A DNA stretch of 64,000 nt from an uncultured bacterium (GTDB lineage: Bacteria > Chlamydiota > Chlamydiia > Chlamydiales > JAAZZY01). Location: assembly GCA_964612505.1 (NCBI GenBank), contig CAZTEX010000010.1:2274-66273 (forward strand), written 5' to 3'. Both the position numbers and the translations under genes were made by a program. Shown here one piece after another: positions 1 to 10,800 of the stretch. How positions within the stretch are numbered: position 1 is the stretch's first letter; the number at the start of each line of letters is the position of its first letter. The notes under the pieces are model-generated. The model did not search any database. It was not told the DNA's origin and saw nothing but the letters and a program-made list of their open reading frames with translations.

Positions 1-1200
1 GCGGTTCTCGATTGTGTAACAGGGGCTGGGGCCGTCATTAGAGGGCATTCACATAATGATGTCATTACAAATGTGTTAATGACGCATATGCCTAAACACT
101 CATATTGGGAAGAACTGCAACAAAAATTTATGAGTTTAATACCATTTACTCATTTTTTCCCTGCAGTGAGTGGAGCTAGCGCTGTTGACATAGGACTCAA
201 TTTAGCATTAGCTACCATCGGCAAAAAAAAAATCATTGTTTTCAAAGGTAATTATGCTGGAAAAACATTATGTTCATTAATTGGCACTTCAGATGAAAAC
301 TATAGAAAACACTTTGGACCCTTATTTCAAGAAATAGTTTATATCGATCCATTATCTAAGGAGGCTGCTGCTACCTTGTATGAGGCTATTGCCACATCTG
401 AAGTGGGTCTTATTTGGTTTGAATTACTCCAAGGATCAACTTTACATGAGATTCCCGCTGAATTGATTTCTATCATCAATCACAACAAACCAATCTATGA
501 GTATTTGATTGGCATCGATGAAATATTAACAGGAATTTACAGATTGGGCAAACTTTTCTCTTGTCAGGGTGTCATTGATGATCCAGATATCATTACAGCT
601 TCAAAGGGTTTATGTGATGGCACATTTCCTTTTGGGATTACGATTGTGTCTGATAGTTTATATAAGAAAGTATATGAAAAAAACCAACCTTTAGTACAGT
701 ATTATCAGGGTTTGTATACCAATCAATTAGGTTCTCATATTGCCTTAAATTGTTTGAATTATTTTTGCCAAGAAGCAGTAGTTAATCAAATTCAATGTGT
801 TGGGAATAAACTTGAGATGGCCTTCAGTAAATTTCCACAAATTTCACCATATGTCGAAAAAGTATTAGGTAAGGGTCATATTTATATTATTAAATACAAA
901 AAATCTATTTGGACCTTTGGGTCAGCGGGAATGTTATTTTTTGATTTGTTTATGTTTAAGCAAGGTATAGATAAGGAAAAGATATTCTTGTTTTTTAATC
1001 GCTGCATTCCCTCTTTGATCATGACCAATGAAGAGGCAGAAATACTCATTAATAAACTAGAGAACCTACTAGTCAGAAACAGAGTCCTTTTATACATTCG
1101 ATTCCATTTTTTTTGTTTGAATACAATTGTTTTATTGGCTGTTTTAAAAATTAGAAATGTCCTTTATAGTCTCTTTGATAAACTTGTTGTTAGATCTTGA
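1..1200 (+). CDS. Class III PLP-dependent aminotransferase, 5' end outside the window (possibly the C-terminal domain of a larger protein)
   Basis: Frame is open from base 1 (AVLDCVTGAGAVIRGHS, the LD-x2-x-G-x-G-x4-GH N-terminal motif), so the 73 start is not the true start. Also contains FKGNYAG, IDEILTGIYRLG and the PLP lysine in TASKGL. Confidence 0.85.
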   Translation, partial: AVLDCVTGAGAVIRGHSHNDVITNVLMTHMPKHSYWEELQQKFMSLIPFTHFFPAVSGASAVDIGLNLALATIGKKKIIVFKGNYAGKTLCSLIGTSDENYRKHFGPLFQEIVYIDPLSKEAAATLYEAIATSEVGLIWFELLQGSTLHEIPAELISIINHNKPIYEYLIGIDEILTGIYRLGKLFSCQGVIDDPDIITASKGLCDGTFPFGITIVSDSLYKKVYEKNQPLVQYYQGLYTNQLGSHIALNCLNYFCQEAVVNQIQCVGNKLEMAFSKFPQISPYVEKVLGKGHIYIIKYKKSIWTFGSAGMLFFDLFMFKQGIDKEKIFLFFNRCIPSLIMTNEEAEILINKLENLLVRNRVLLYIRFHFFCLNTIVLLAVLKIRNVLYSLFDKLVVRS

Positions 1201-1226
1201 AACATCCCAAGTGATTGTGATCCTTT

Positions 1227-4200
1227 ATGAGTATCAAATATGAAAATTTGGTTGATTTGGCGATCTTTTATGCTAAAACTATCCCTGAAAAAAAAGCATA
1301 CATTGCATTGAGTGATGGTGAGATAGAGTCAGGTTCCCTCACTTATGGAGAGCTGCATGAGAAAGCAGCAGCAATTGCTAGCTATTTACAATCTTTAAAT
1401 TTAAAGGGAGAACGCGCATTACTTGTTTTTCCTGCTGGTCTGGATTTTGTTACAGCATTTTTTGGGTGTCTTTATGGAGGAATGATTGGTGTACCTATCT
1501 ATTTGCCTTTTTCTAAACCAGACGATTTTAAAAATAAGATCAATACCATTATAAGCAATGCTCAACCAAAGATCATTTTAACCACGAAAGAATATTCTAC
1601 ACTATTTGAAAAATTTCGATCTGAGTCGCCCATACTCACCAGCATGAATGTGATCAACACGAGTTCACTTTTATCAGAGTGGTTATCGAGTATGTGGCAA
1701 AGGAAAAATATTTCTCCGCAGGATCTGGCATTTTTACAATATACTTCAGGTTCTACTAGATCTCCCAAAGGGGTGATGGTTACTCACAATAACATTATTC
1801 ATAATTCAGAAGTGATCAAAACAGCTTATCAGCATTCTGAAAAAACCATAGTCTTGAGTTGGCTGCCCCATTATCACGATATGGGCTTAATTGGCCCCAT
1901 AGTACAAGCTTTATATGTGGGTGGCACAGCTATACTCATGGCTCCAATGGCATTTTTGCAACAGCCTATAAGATGGCTGAAAGCCATATCGAAATATGGA
2001 GCGCATACAAGTGGCGCCCCCAATTTTGCATATGAGCTATGTTCGACTCAAATTAACGAAATTGAAAAGTCAAGTTTAGATTTGAAAACTTGGACTATAG
2101 CCTATAATGGCTCTGAACCTATTCGTCAATCTACCCTAGAAAAATTTGCATCTGCTTTTGCATGTTGTGGATTTCGCAAAGAGGCCTTTTACCCCTGTTA
2201 TGGTTTGGCCGAATCTACTTTATTTGTAACAGGAAGCTCAAGATTAAAAGGTTATGAAACAAAAACATTAGACATTAAGGAATTGGAGAAAAATCGCGTA
2301 AAGTATTCCCTAGAGATGGATAAAAGTTGTCGCACTTTCGTAAGTAGTGGGTGTGCTTGGATTGATCAACAAATTGTGATTGTCAATTCTGAAACCTTGC
2401 TTCCATGTGAATCGCATCAGGTAGGTGAAGTATGGGTGAAAAGCCAAAGTATTGCAAAAGGGTATTGGATGAATCCAGAGGCTTCAGTCGAAACCTTTGA
2501 AGCCTATATTGCTAAAACTCATGAAGGGCCATTTCTACGAACAGGAGATTTAGGGTTTGTCGATGAAGGTCAGTTGTATCTCACTGGTCGCCTTAAAGAA
2601 GTGATTATTATTCGAGGATCAAACTATTACCCACAAGATATTGAACAGAGTGTGCAGAATGCTCATGCCGCTTTTGCACCAGGGACTGGGGCTGCATTTT
2701 CCGTCACTATGGATGAAGAAGAGAAACTAGTCTTTGTTCAAGAAATTCTGCGTACTCATCTGCGTAATTTTGACTCTAATAGCGCCATTGCAACTATTCG
2801 CCGTGTAATATCAGAATTGCATGGTATTGAAGTGCATGCCATTGTATTAATCAAGCCTAGCACTCTTCCAAGAACTTCAAGTGGCAAAATTCAACGACTT
2901 AAAGCAAAGAACTTCTTTCTTGGCAATGAGTTGCAAAAAGTTACAGAGTGGGTTCAACCCAATCGTAGCCTCAGCGAAAGCAACAAAAAATTTGAATTTC
3001 CGGTAAATCAATCTAACGTCTATGACGTATTAATAGCTAAATTGGCGGAAAAAGTAAATCTTCCTATTCCAAAAATCGACTGTCATCTCCCATTTTCGTT
3101 TTATGGATTAGATTCAGCCAAAGCCGTTGCAATTTCAGGTGAACTCGAAAAAATATTTCAACGATCCTTGCCACCAACCCTCCTTTATGAGTATCCCACT
3201 ATCCATGCTTTAGCTCAGTTTTTTACAGAGAACCACATCACTTTAAAAGCTACGCCAAATCAGAAACACATCAATCATGACCCTATTGCAATTATTGGAA
3301 TGGGGCTTCGATTTCCACAAGCAAATAGTCCAGAGTCTTTATGGGCATTGCTGCAGAAGGGATGCGATACGATTACAAAAGCCCTTATCTCTCGAACGGG
3401 CGAATCTATTCCCTCGTGTGAGCATTGGGGAGGATTTCTATCTTCAGTAGATTTGTTTGATGCGGAATTTTTTTCGATATCCCCTCGAGAAGCCAATCAC
3501 ATGGATCCTCAGCAGCGCTTACTTTTAGAGGTTGCTTGGGAAGCTCTAGAAAATGCAAATATTACCCCAAGCAAAATTCGGGGGACTGAAACAGGTGTGT
3601 ATCTTGGGTTAAGTTCGAATGATTATGGACTACTTCAATTGGGAAATCCAAGCAATGTCTCACCATATTCAGCTACAGGAAGCGCTTTAAGTGTTGCGGC
3701 GAATCGGTTATCATATTTTTTAGGTCTGCATGGCCCTAGTTTAGTTGTTGATACAGCCTGCTCCTCATCACTAGTCTCTCTCCACTTAGCTTGTAGTAGC
3801 CTACAACAAAGAGAAATTGATCTTGCTCTTGTAGGTGGAGCAAACCTCATATTATCTTCTCAAGTGACCTCCGGCTTACAACAAGCTGGTATGTTAGCAA
3901 AAGATGGGCGTTGTAAAACATTCGATGCTTCTGCTGATGGGTACGTTCGAGGAGAGGGATGCGGTATCGTCGTCCTCAAACGTTTATCTGATGCAATAGC
4001 TGATAAAGATTGTATTTCTGCTGTCATCCTAGGATCAGCTGTAAACCAAGATGGTTTAAGTAATGGCTTAACAGCTCCCAATGGTTTTGCACAACGCAGG
4101 GTCATTCAACAAGCATTATCTCGCGCAGGGGTTGCTCCAGAAGATGTCAGCTATATAGAAGCACATGGTACTGGCACTTCTTTAGGTGACCCTATTGAAG

Positions 4201-7200
4201 TTAGTGCGCTTGTGGATGTGTTAATGCGAAATCGCAATCCTGAAAATCCGTGTTGGATGGGATCTATTAAGACAAATATGGGTCATTTAGAAGCTGCTGC
4301 AGGGATTGCTGGATTGATAAAAGTCGTGTTAGCACTAAAAAACAAAGAAATTCCCGGAAATTTACATTTTAACACTTTAAATCCATATATTCGTCTAGAA
4401 AATGTTCCTTTGTATATTCCAAAATTAAGTCAACCTTGGATCAGTGCGCATGAAAAACGAATTGCGGGAGTAAGTTCATTTGGGTTTGGTGGCACAAACG
4501 GACATGCTGTGATTGCAGAAGCCCCTAAAGTTTCAGTATATGAAGAGAAATTATGCAATGAGCAACCTATTCATGTTCTTACTATTTCCGGTAAAGGGGA
4601 AGAAGCTCTGCATGAGAATGCAAGAAACTTTAAGAATTTTATTGATAGCAACCTGGATGATAAGATCAGCGATATTTGTTATACCGCCAATATGTGTCGG
4701 ACTCACTTTTCTAATCGGCTAGCTCTAGTTGTTCAAAGCAAGTCAGAGATTCAGGATAAATTAGAGCAATTTTTACAAAGAAGAACAGCAACTGGCATAT
4801 GTCAAGGTCATATCAACGCCAATGAAAGTGCAAAAATAGCGTTTTTATTTACCGGACAAGGATCTCAATATGTAGGAATGGGTTCTCAACTCTATAAAAC
4901 TTATCCAATATTTCGAGAAATTGTTGATCATTGTGAATTACTGCTAAAGGAGCATGCAGGCTTTAGTCTCTTGGAAAAGATGCATTCGCTAGATATAGAT
5001 AATCACTTGCTAAATGAAACGATTTATACACAACCAGTCTTATTTGTTTTAGAATATGCTTTGGCAATGTTGTGGAGTTCATATGGTGTAAAACCAGAAT
5101 GGATCATGGGTCATAGTTTAGGTGAATATGCAGCAGCTTGCTTTGCAGGAGTTTTTAATTTAGAGGAAGGATTGCAATTGGTTGCAGCTCGAGGCAGGCT
5201 TATGCAAGGTTTATCCAAGCGAGGCAAAATGGTTGTGGTCTTTACTTCGGAGCAGAGAGTACTCGATAAAATATCAAATTATTCGGATAGGGTCTCGATT
5301 GCTGGGTTAAATTGTCCAGAGCAAGTCGTGATATCGGGTGAAGAAAAGGCTTTAGAGGCAATTTGTGATTTGTTTCTCAAAGAGGGAATAAGAACCAAAT
5401 ATTTGTTAGTCTCGCATGCATTTCATTCTCCCCTTATGGAACCAATGATACAAGATTTTTATCAAATAGCAGACCAGATCAATTATCAAGTTCCAAAATT
5501 TAAATTTATTTCAAATACTAATGGAAAGTTAATAGAAACCCCTATAACCGCAGAATATTGGTGCAAACACTTACGCCATCCCATTAAATTTAATGATGGG
5601 ATGACAACCCTGGGTCATAAAAATTGTGAGATATTTGTCGAAATTGGTCCCCATCCAACATTATTAGGAATGGGGCGTTTGTGTTTGCCTGACAGTAAAA
5701 GTTTATGGTTACCTTCCTTGCGTCGTGGCCGTTCCGACTTAGAACAGATGGCTGAAAGCATTTGTGAGTTATATACGCATGGTGCTTCGATAGACTTTGG
5801 GGCGTTCGATAAGAATTATTTTCATAAAAAAGTAGCCTTACCTACTTATGCTTTCCAACGACAACGATATTGGTTGGAAGCTAGTCTTTATCAACCTCCT
5901 TATCAACACAATCGCGATCCACTATTAAAAGACAATTTTTACGAAATCCAGTGGATACTTCAGGATACACAATCTGTTTTAAAAAATGATAATCCTCCAA
6001 ATGAGATGTGGATATTGTTTTGTGATCAACAAGGAGTTGGTTTAGCCCTGGCTGAGGAACTTGAAAAGCAGCAGCGTAGATATATCATAGTCTATGAGAA
6101 AAATGCTGTTTACAGAGGTAAGTTGCAGGGTTGCCATATAGATGCAACACATTTGCCAGATTATGTAATGCTGCTTAATGAATTGTCTATGAAACAAGCC
6201 AACATAAAAATTGTCTATTTATGGCATCTTGATCTTTTAGATATTGAAAAATCGCTTGATTCTTCATTTACACAACAGGTCAATGCTGGCGCGGGTATAT
6301 TGAATTTGCTGCGAGTTTGCAAGAATAAGCAAGAAGAGTTTCCATCATTAAAATTATGGGTCGTGACACAAAAGGCAATACCCATTAATGCAAAAGAAAA
6401 TCATGTATCAATCATGCAGTCACCCATTTGGGGATTGGGTAAAACAGCTTCATTGGAACATCCAGAAATATGGGGTGGGCTCATCGATGTTGATTGGGGA
6501 TCAGCAGAAACTACAGCACAATCTTTATTGAATGAAATTGAGCGAAACGATTTAGAAAATCAGGTTATTCTTCGAAAAGAAGGTCGTCATGTTGCTCGCT
6601 TAATCCATTCAAATCTAACAGCAAAGAAAGTATTAGAAATAACGAAAGATGCTACTTACCTTGTGACAGGCGGACTAGGGGCATTAGGGTTGCAAGTTTC
6701 GAAGTTGCTGATACAAAAAGGCGCGCGCTCATTGATACTAGTGAGCAGGCGCGGAGTCTATACAAAAGAATTACAAATAGAGATTGATCAACTGCAACAG
6801 AATGGAACAACTATTGTAGTCATTAAAGGTGATATTTCTGTTGAAGAAGATGTAACACGTATATTTAAGTATATTTCAAAAAAGTTGCCTATTCTCAAGG
6901 GTGTGATTCATGCAGCAGGAATCTCTGGTAATTATCAGCTTCTTGAAAATTTAGATATAGAACAACTCACCAATGTTTTATCTGCCAAAATAAAAGGCGG
7001 TTGGTTTTTACATCAACATACCAAAGAAATGGAGTTAGATTTTTTCGTTAATTTTTCTTCAATCACTTCAGTTTGGGGGTCAAAAGGGCAAGGCCATTAC
7101 GCTGCAGCGAATCAATTTTTAGATATCCTATCACATTATCGTCGTGTAACAGGATTATGTGGACTGAGTATCAATTGGGGGCCTTGGGCAGATGGAGGAA

Positions 7201-7862
7201 TGCTAACCCAAGAATGGAATGAATTACTCAATCAGACCGGTATAGAATTGCTAGAACCTCAAGAAGCGCTAGCAAGCTTGAATTTTCTATTATCAACAGA
7301 AGCAATACAAATAGCATTTGTTAAAATGAATTGGGCCGTGTTTAAAGGCGTGTATGAAATGAAAATATCTCGCCCATTTTTGAAGGAGATAACAATTTCT
7401 TCACGTTTTGCAGAAGAAAAAATACAGTCCAAAAGAAATCACGAATTAATTGATCAATTGAATGAATCTTCGCAACCCATTCGAGAAAAAATCTTGACGA
7501 ATTATCTTGAGGCGGCCGTCAAGAAAATCATGAAGTGGGCTCCTGAAAAATCATTAGATTACAAAAGGGGGTTTTTCCAAATGGGGATGGATTCAATAAT
7601 GACACTTGAATTGGTACGTACATTAGAGGCTGATTTGGGCACAAAATTGGCAACAACAACTGTTTTCAACTATCCAACAATTGGAGCTCTATCAAAATAT
7701 CTTGCAAGCGAGACATCCAATCTAACCGCCTCTATAGCGCCTAAAGAGAATCCGTCAAAAATTGAAACAGATATATTGTTGTTAGATCAACTTAATGACC
7801 TTTCAGAACAAGATGCCGCTTCATTGCTCTTAAATAAGCTGGAAACAATTGAAAATAGATAA
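1227..7862 (+). CDS. Type I PKS loading + extension module: FAAL-ACP-KS-AT-KR-ACP
   Basis: FAAL motifs LQYTSGSTRSPKGV and WLPHYHDMGLIG; ACP GLDSAK; KS DTACSSSL, HGTGT, GHLE; malonyl-type AT GHSLG and HAFHS; KR GGLGALG and YAAAN; ACP GMDSIM; C-terminal docking-like helix. Confidence 0.95.
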   Translation: MSIKYENLVDLAIFYAKTIPEKKAYIALSDGEIESGSLTYGELHEKAAAIASYLQSLNLKGERALLVFPAGLDFVTAFFGCLYGGMIGVPIYLPFSKPDDFKNKINTIISNAQPKIILTTKEYSTLFEKFRSESPILTSMNVINTSSLLSEWLSSMWQRKNISPQDLAFLQYTSGSTRSPKGVMVTHNNIIHNSEVIKTAYQHSEKTIVLSWLPHYHDMGLIGPIVQALYVGGTAILMAPMAFLQQPIRWLKAISKYGAHTSGAPNFAYELCSTQINEIEKSSLDLKTWTIAYNGSEPIRQSTLEKFASAFACCGFRKEAFYPCYGLAESTLFVTGSSRLKGYETKTLDIKELEKNRVKYSLEMDKSCRTFVSSGCAWIDQQIVIVNSETLLPCESHQVGEVWVKSQSIAKGYWMNPEASVETFEAYIAKTHEGPFLRTGDLGFVDEGQLYLTGRLKEVIIIRGSNYYPQDIEQSVQNAHAAFAPGTGAAFSVTMDEEEKLVFVQEILRTHLRNFDSNSAIATIRRVISELHGIEVHAIVLIKPSTLPRTSSGKIQRLKAKNFFLGNELQKVTEWVQPNRSLSESNKKFEFPVNQSNVYDVLIAKLAEKVNLPIPKIDCHLPFSFYGLDSAKAVAISGELEKIFQRSLPPTLLYEYPTIHALAQFFTENHITLKATPNQKHINHDPIAIIGMGLRFPQANSPESLWALLQKGCDTITKALISRTGESIPSCEHWGGFLSSVDLFDAEFFSISPREANHMDPQQRLLLEVAWEALENANITPSKIRGTETGVYLGLSSNDYGLLQLGNPSNVSPYSATGSALSVAANRLSYFLGLHGPSLVVDTACSSSLVSLHLACSSLQQREIDLALVGGANLILSSQVTSGLQQAGMLAKDGRCKTFDASADGYVRGEGCGIVVLKRLSDAIADKDCISAVILGSAVNQDGLSNGLTAPNGFAQRRVIQQALSRAGVAPEDVSYIEAHGTGTSLGDPIEVSALVDVLMRNRNPENPCWMGSIKTNMGHLEAAAGIAGLIKVVLALKNKEIPGNLHFNTLNPYIRLENVPLYIPKLSQPWISAHEKRIAGVSSFGFGGTNGHAVIAEAPKVSVYEEKLCNEQPIHVLTISGKGEEALHENARNFKNFIDSNLDDKISDICYTANMCRTHFSNRLALVVQSKSEIQDKLEQFLQRRTATGICQGHINANESAKIAFLFTGQGSQYVGMGSQLYKTYPIFREIVDHCELLLKEHAGFSLLEKMHSLDIDNHLLNETIYTQPVLFVLEYALAMLWSSYGVKPEWIMGHSLGEYAAACFAGVFNLEEGLQLVAARGRLMQGLSKRGKMVVVFTSEQRVLDKISNYSDRVSIAGLNCPEQVVISGEEKALEAICDLFLKEGIRTKYLLVSHAFHSPLMEPMIQDFYQIADQINYQVPKFKFISNTNGKLIETPITAEYWCKHLRHPIKFNDGMTTLGHKNCEIFVEIGPHPTLLGMGRLCLPDSKSLWLPSLRRGRSDLEQMAESICELYTHGASIDFGAFDKNYFHKKVALPTYAFQRQRYWLEASLYQPPYQHNRDPLLKDNFYEIQWILQDTQSVLKNDNPPNEMWILFCDQQGVGLALAEELEKQQRRYIIVYEKNAVYRGKLQGCHIDATHLPDYVMLLNELSMKQANIKIVYLWHLDLLDIEKSLDSSFTQQVNAGAGILNLLRVCKNKQEEFPSLKLWVVTQKAIPINAKENHVSIMQSPIWGLGKTASLEHPEIWGGLIDVDWGSAETTAQSLLNEIERNDLENQVILRKEGRHVARLIHSNLTAKKVLEITKDATYLVTGGLGALGLQVSKLLIQKGARSLILVSRRGVYTKELQIEIDQLQQNGTTIVVIKGDISVEEDVTRIFKYISKKLPILKGVIHAAGISGNYQLLENLDIEQLTNVLSAKIKGGWFLHQHTKEMELDFFVNFSSITSVWGSKGQGHYAAANQFLDILSHYRRVTGLCGLSINWGPWADGGMLTQEWNELLNQTGIELLEPQEALASLNFLLSTEAIQIAFVKMNWAVFKGVYEMKISRPFLKEITISSRFAEEKIQSKRNHELIDQLNESSQPIREKILTNYLEAAVKKIMKWAPEKSLDYKRGFFQMGMDSIMTLELVRTLEADLGTKLATTTVFNYPTIGALSKYLASETSNLTASIAPKENPSKIETDILLLDQLNDLSEQDAASLLLNKLETIENR

Positions 7863-7864
7863 GA

Positions 7865-10800
7865 ATGAATATGACTACAAATGATAAAGAAAAATCTCCC
7901 GTACAATTATCTCCTTTGAAACAAGCTTTATATATTATTGAAAAATTAGAGAATAAACTTCTTGTAAATGAACAGGAGAAAAAAGAGCCCATTGCCATTA
8001 TTGGCATGGCCTGTCGGTTTCCAGGAGGTGCTGATAACCCGGAGAAATATTGGAAAGTATTGCAACAAGCAACGGATGTCATAAAAGAAGTCCCCTCCGA
8101 TAGATGGGATGTCGATGCTTATTATCATGCTGAGCCCAATGCACATGGAAAAATGTATACTCGCTCTGCTGGATTTGTTGAACAGGTGAATCAATTTGAT
8201 GCTCAGTTTTTTGGGATTTCTCCTCGAGAAGCAAAACAATTAGATCCTCAACAGAGGGTATTGTTGGAAGTAGCTTGGGAAGCTCTTGAGTCTTCGGGTC
8301 AACTCATTAGTGAGTTAAGTGAGAGTCAAACAGGAGTTTATATTGGCATATCTACTCATGACTATACTCGAAAAATAGATCTAGATAACTCATTGAATGG
8401 AATAGATGCTTATTTCGCCACAGGAAATTCTTTAAATGCTGCAGCGGGTCGTTTAGCTTATTTTTTTGGGTTTCAAGGTCCCGCAATGGCAATAGATACT
8501 GCATGTTCGTCATCTTTAGTAGGGTTACATCTTGCTTGCCAAAGTTTGAGAAACAAAGAATGCAATATGGCATTAACTGGAGGGGTAAATCTGATTTTAT
8601 CTCCTGATAATTCGATAGCATTATCTCACATTCATGCACTTTCTCCCACTAATAGCTGTAAGGCTTTTGATAAAAAAGCTGATGGCTATGTTCGAGGTGA
8701 GGGATGTGGAGTTGTCATCCTTAAACGACTTTCAGATGCTTTAAAAGATAATGATAATATTTTAGCATTAATATTAGGCTCCGCTGTGAACCAAGATGGT
8801 CATAGCAGTGGGTTAACGGTGCCCAACGGAGTTTCTCAACAAAAATTGATTAAACAAGCTTTGCTGAATGCTCAAATATCATCCGAAAGGATCGATTATG
8901 TTGAAGCTCATGGAACTGGTACTTCTCTGGGCGATCCTATTGAGGCCGTGGCCCTGGGAAACATATTTAAAGAAAATCTACCCAATCGACCAATTTATAT
9001 TGGCACTGCTAAAGCAAATATTGGTCATTTGGAAGCGGCGGCTGGAATCGCCGGATTAATAAAAGTCATTCTGTCTTTGAAAAATCAAACCATCCCTGCA
9101 CAACTTAATTTCAAAGAGCCCAATCCTTATATCCCTTGGGATAAATTGCCGATCAAAGTGCCTACAGAACAGACAGCTTGGTTAAAAAAAGAAAAACTTC
9201 GCTATGCTGGTGTTAGTGGTTTTGGTTTTACTGGCACAAATGCTCATCTTGTTGTAAGTGAAGCACCAGAACGCTCAAATACAGCAAAAAAAAACAGTGA
9301 TTTTCGGTCTATTTATCCATTAGTGATTTCAGGAAAAGTACCAAAAGCATTACAAGAAAATGTGAAAAGATTCAAAGACTATTTGAAGACAGATTTAGAT
9401 CATTCAATTGAAGACATCTGCTATACTGCAAGTGTTTGTCGTGATCATTTTCGGTATCGCTTGGCCATCATTGGAAAGACAAAAGAAGCATTGTATTTGG
9501 AGTTAGATAAGTTTTTAAGGCAAGAGGACTCTGTTAATGTATTTTCAATACAAAAACAAAAGCATCAGAACTCAAAGATAGCATTTGTTTTTACTGGGCA
9601 CCAAGCACAATCTGTAAGCAAAGGGCGACAACTATATGAGAATCATTCGCTGTGTCGAGAAATTGTTGATAACGCTAATGCTTGGTTGATAGCTCAAGGC
9701 CAATTGAGCGTGATTGATCTATTATATCCTGAATTATCAAATAATCAATTAATCAATGAAATCCTCTCCATTATTCCTGCAGTATTTGTATTAGAATATG
9801 CTTTGAGCGCTTTATGGAAATCATGGGGTATTGAACCAGAAGTGGTAATGGGTAATGGGATAGGAGAGTACGTTGCTGCTTGTGTAGCGGGAGTCTTTTG
9901 TCTTGAAGAGGGCTTGAAATTGATTATTGCAAGAACTAAATCGATGCATCAATTATCTACACAAAATGAGAATGAAATCAACGAGCAAGAATTTGAAAAA
10001 ATAGCAGAAAAAATTGATTATAAAAAACCTACATTGCAAATTATCACAAATGACACTGGAGCGATATTAGATCAAGCATTCAACTCTAAATACTGGCTTG
10101 GACATCGTTTGGAATCGCTGAAACCTCCTTTTAGTCTGCAGATATTACAGGAGATAGGTGTTAATGTTATTATTGAGATAGGTCCAGATCAAATATGTTT
10201 ACCTTTTGAAACCCCTACATTAATAAATGAAGAATTGTTGTATATCAACAGCTGGCCATCAGAGCATGAAAATGAGAAGCGACTTACAGAGAGTTTATGT
10301 AGATTGTATGTTGCTGGCTTATCAATAAATTGGAAAGGATATCATGAGGTTAGTTCTTATAGAAAATTGACATTGCCTACGTATGCTTTTCAAAGAGAGG
10401 AATTTTGGCCTGAACCTCAAATTAACATCCGCAATAATGTTCTTATCCATTTGAATTCAAATGAGAGATCAACTGATCATCCTTTATTAGGAAAAAGGTT
10501 GCCTTTATCGCATTCGGAAGACATTTATTTTGAAAGCCACCTCAGTGCATTATCACCTGTTTTTCTAAAAGATCATCGCTTATTTAATACGATTGTTGTG
10601 CCTGCAGCTTCCCACATCTCTGCACTATTGCTAGCTATGGAACAAGCGATTCCTTCAAGTAATTATTTTTTTGAAGATCTATTCTTTCCCGAAGCTTTAG
10701 TTATTTCTGACCAAGATATCTGTTTGGCACAGTTTGTCATTACTCACGAAAATCAAACACATCGTTCTTTACAAGTTAAGAGCTTGAAAAAAAATGACGA

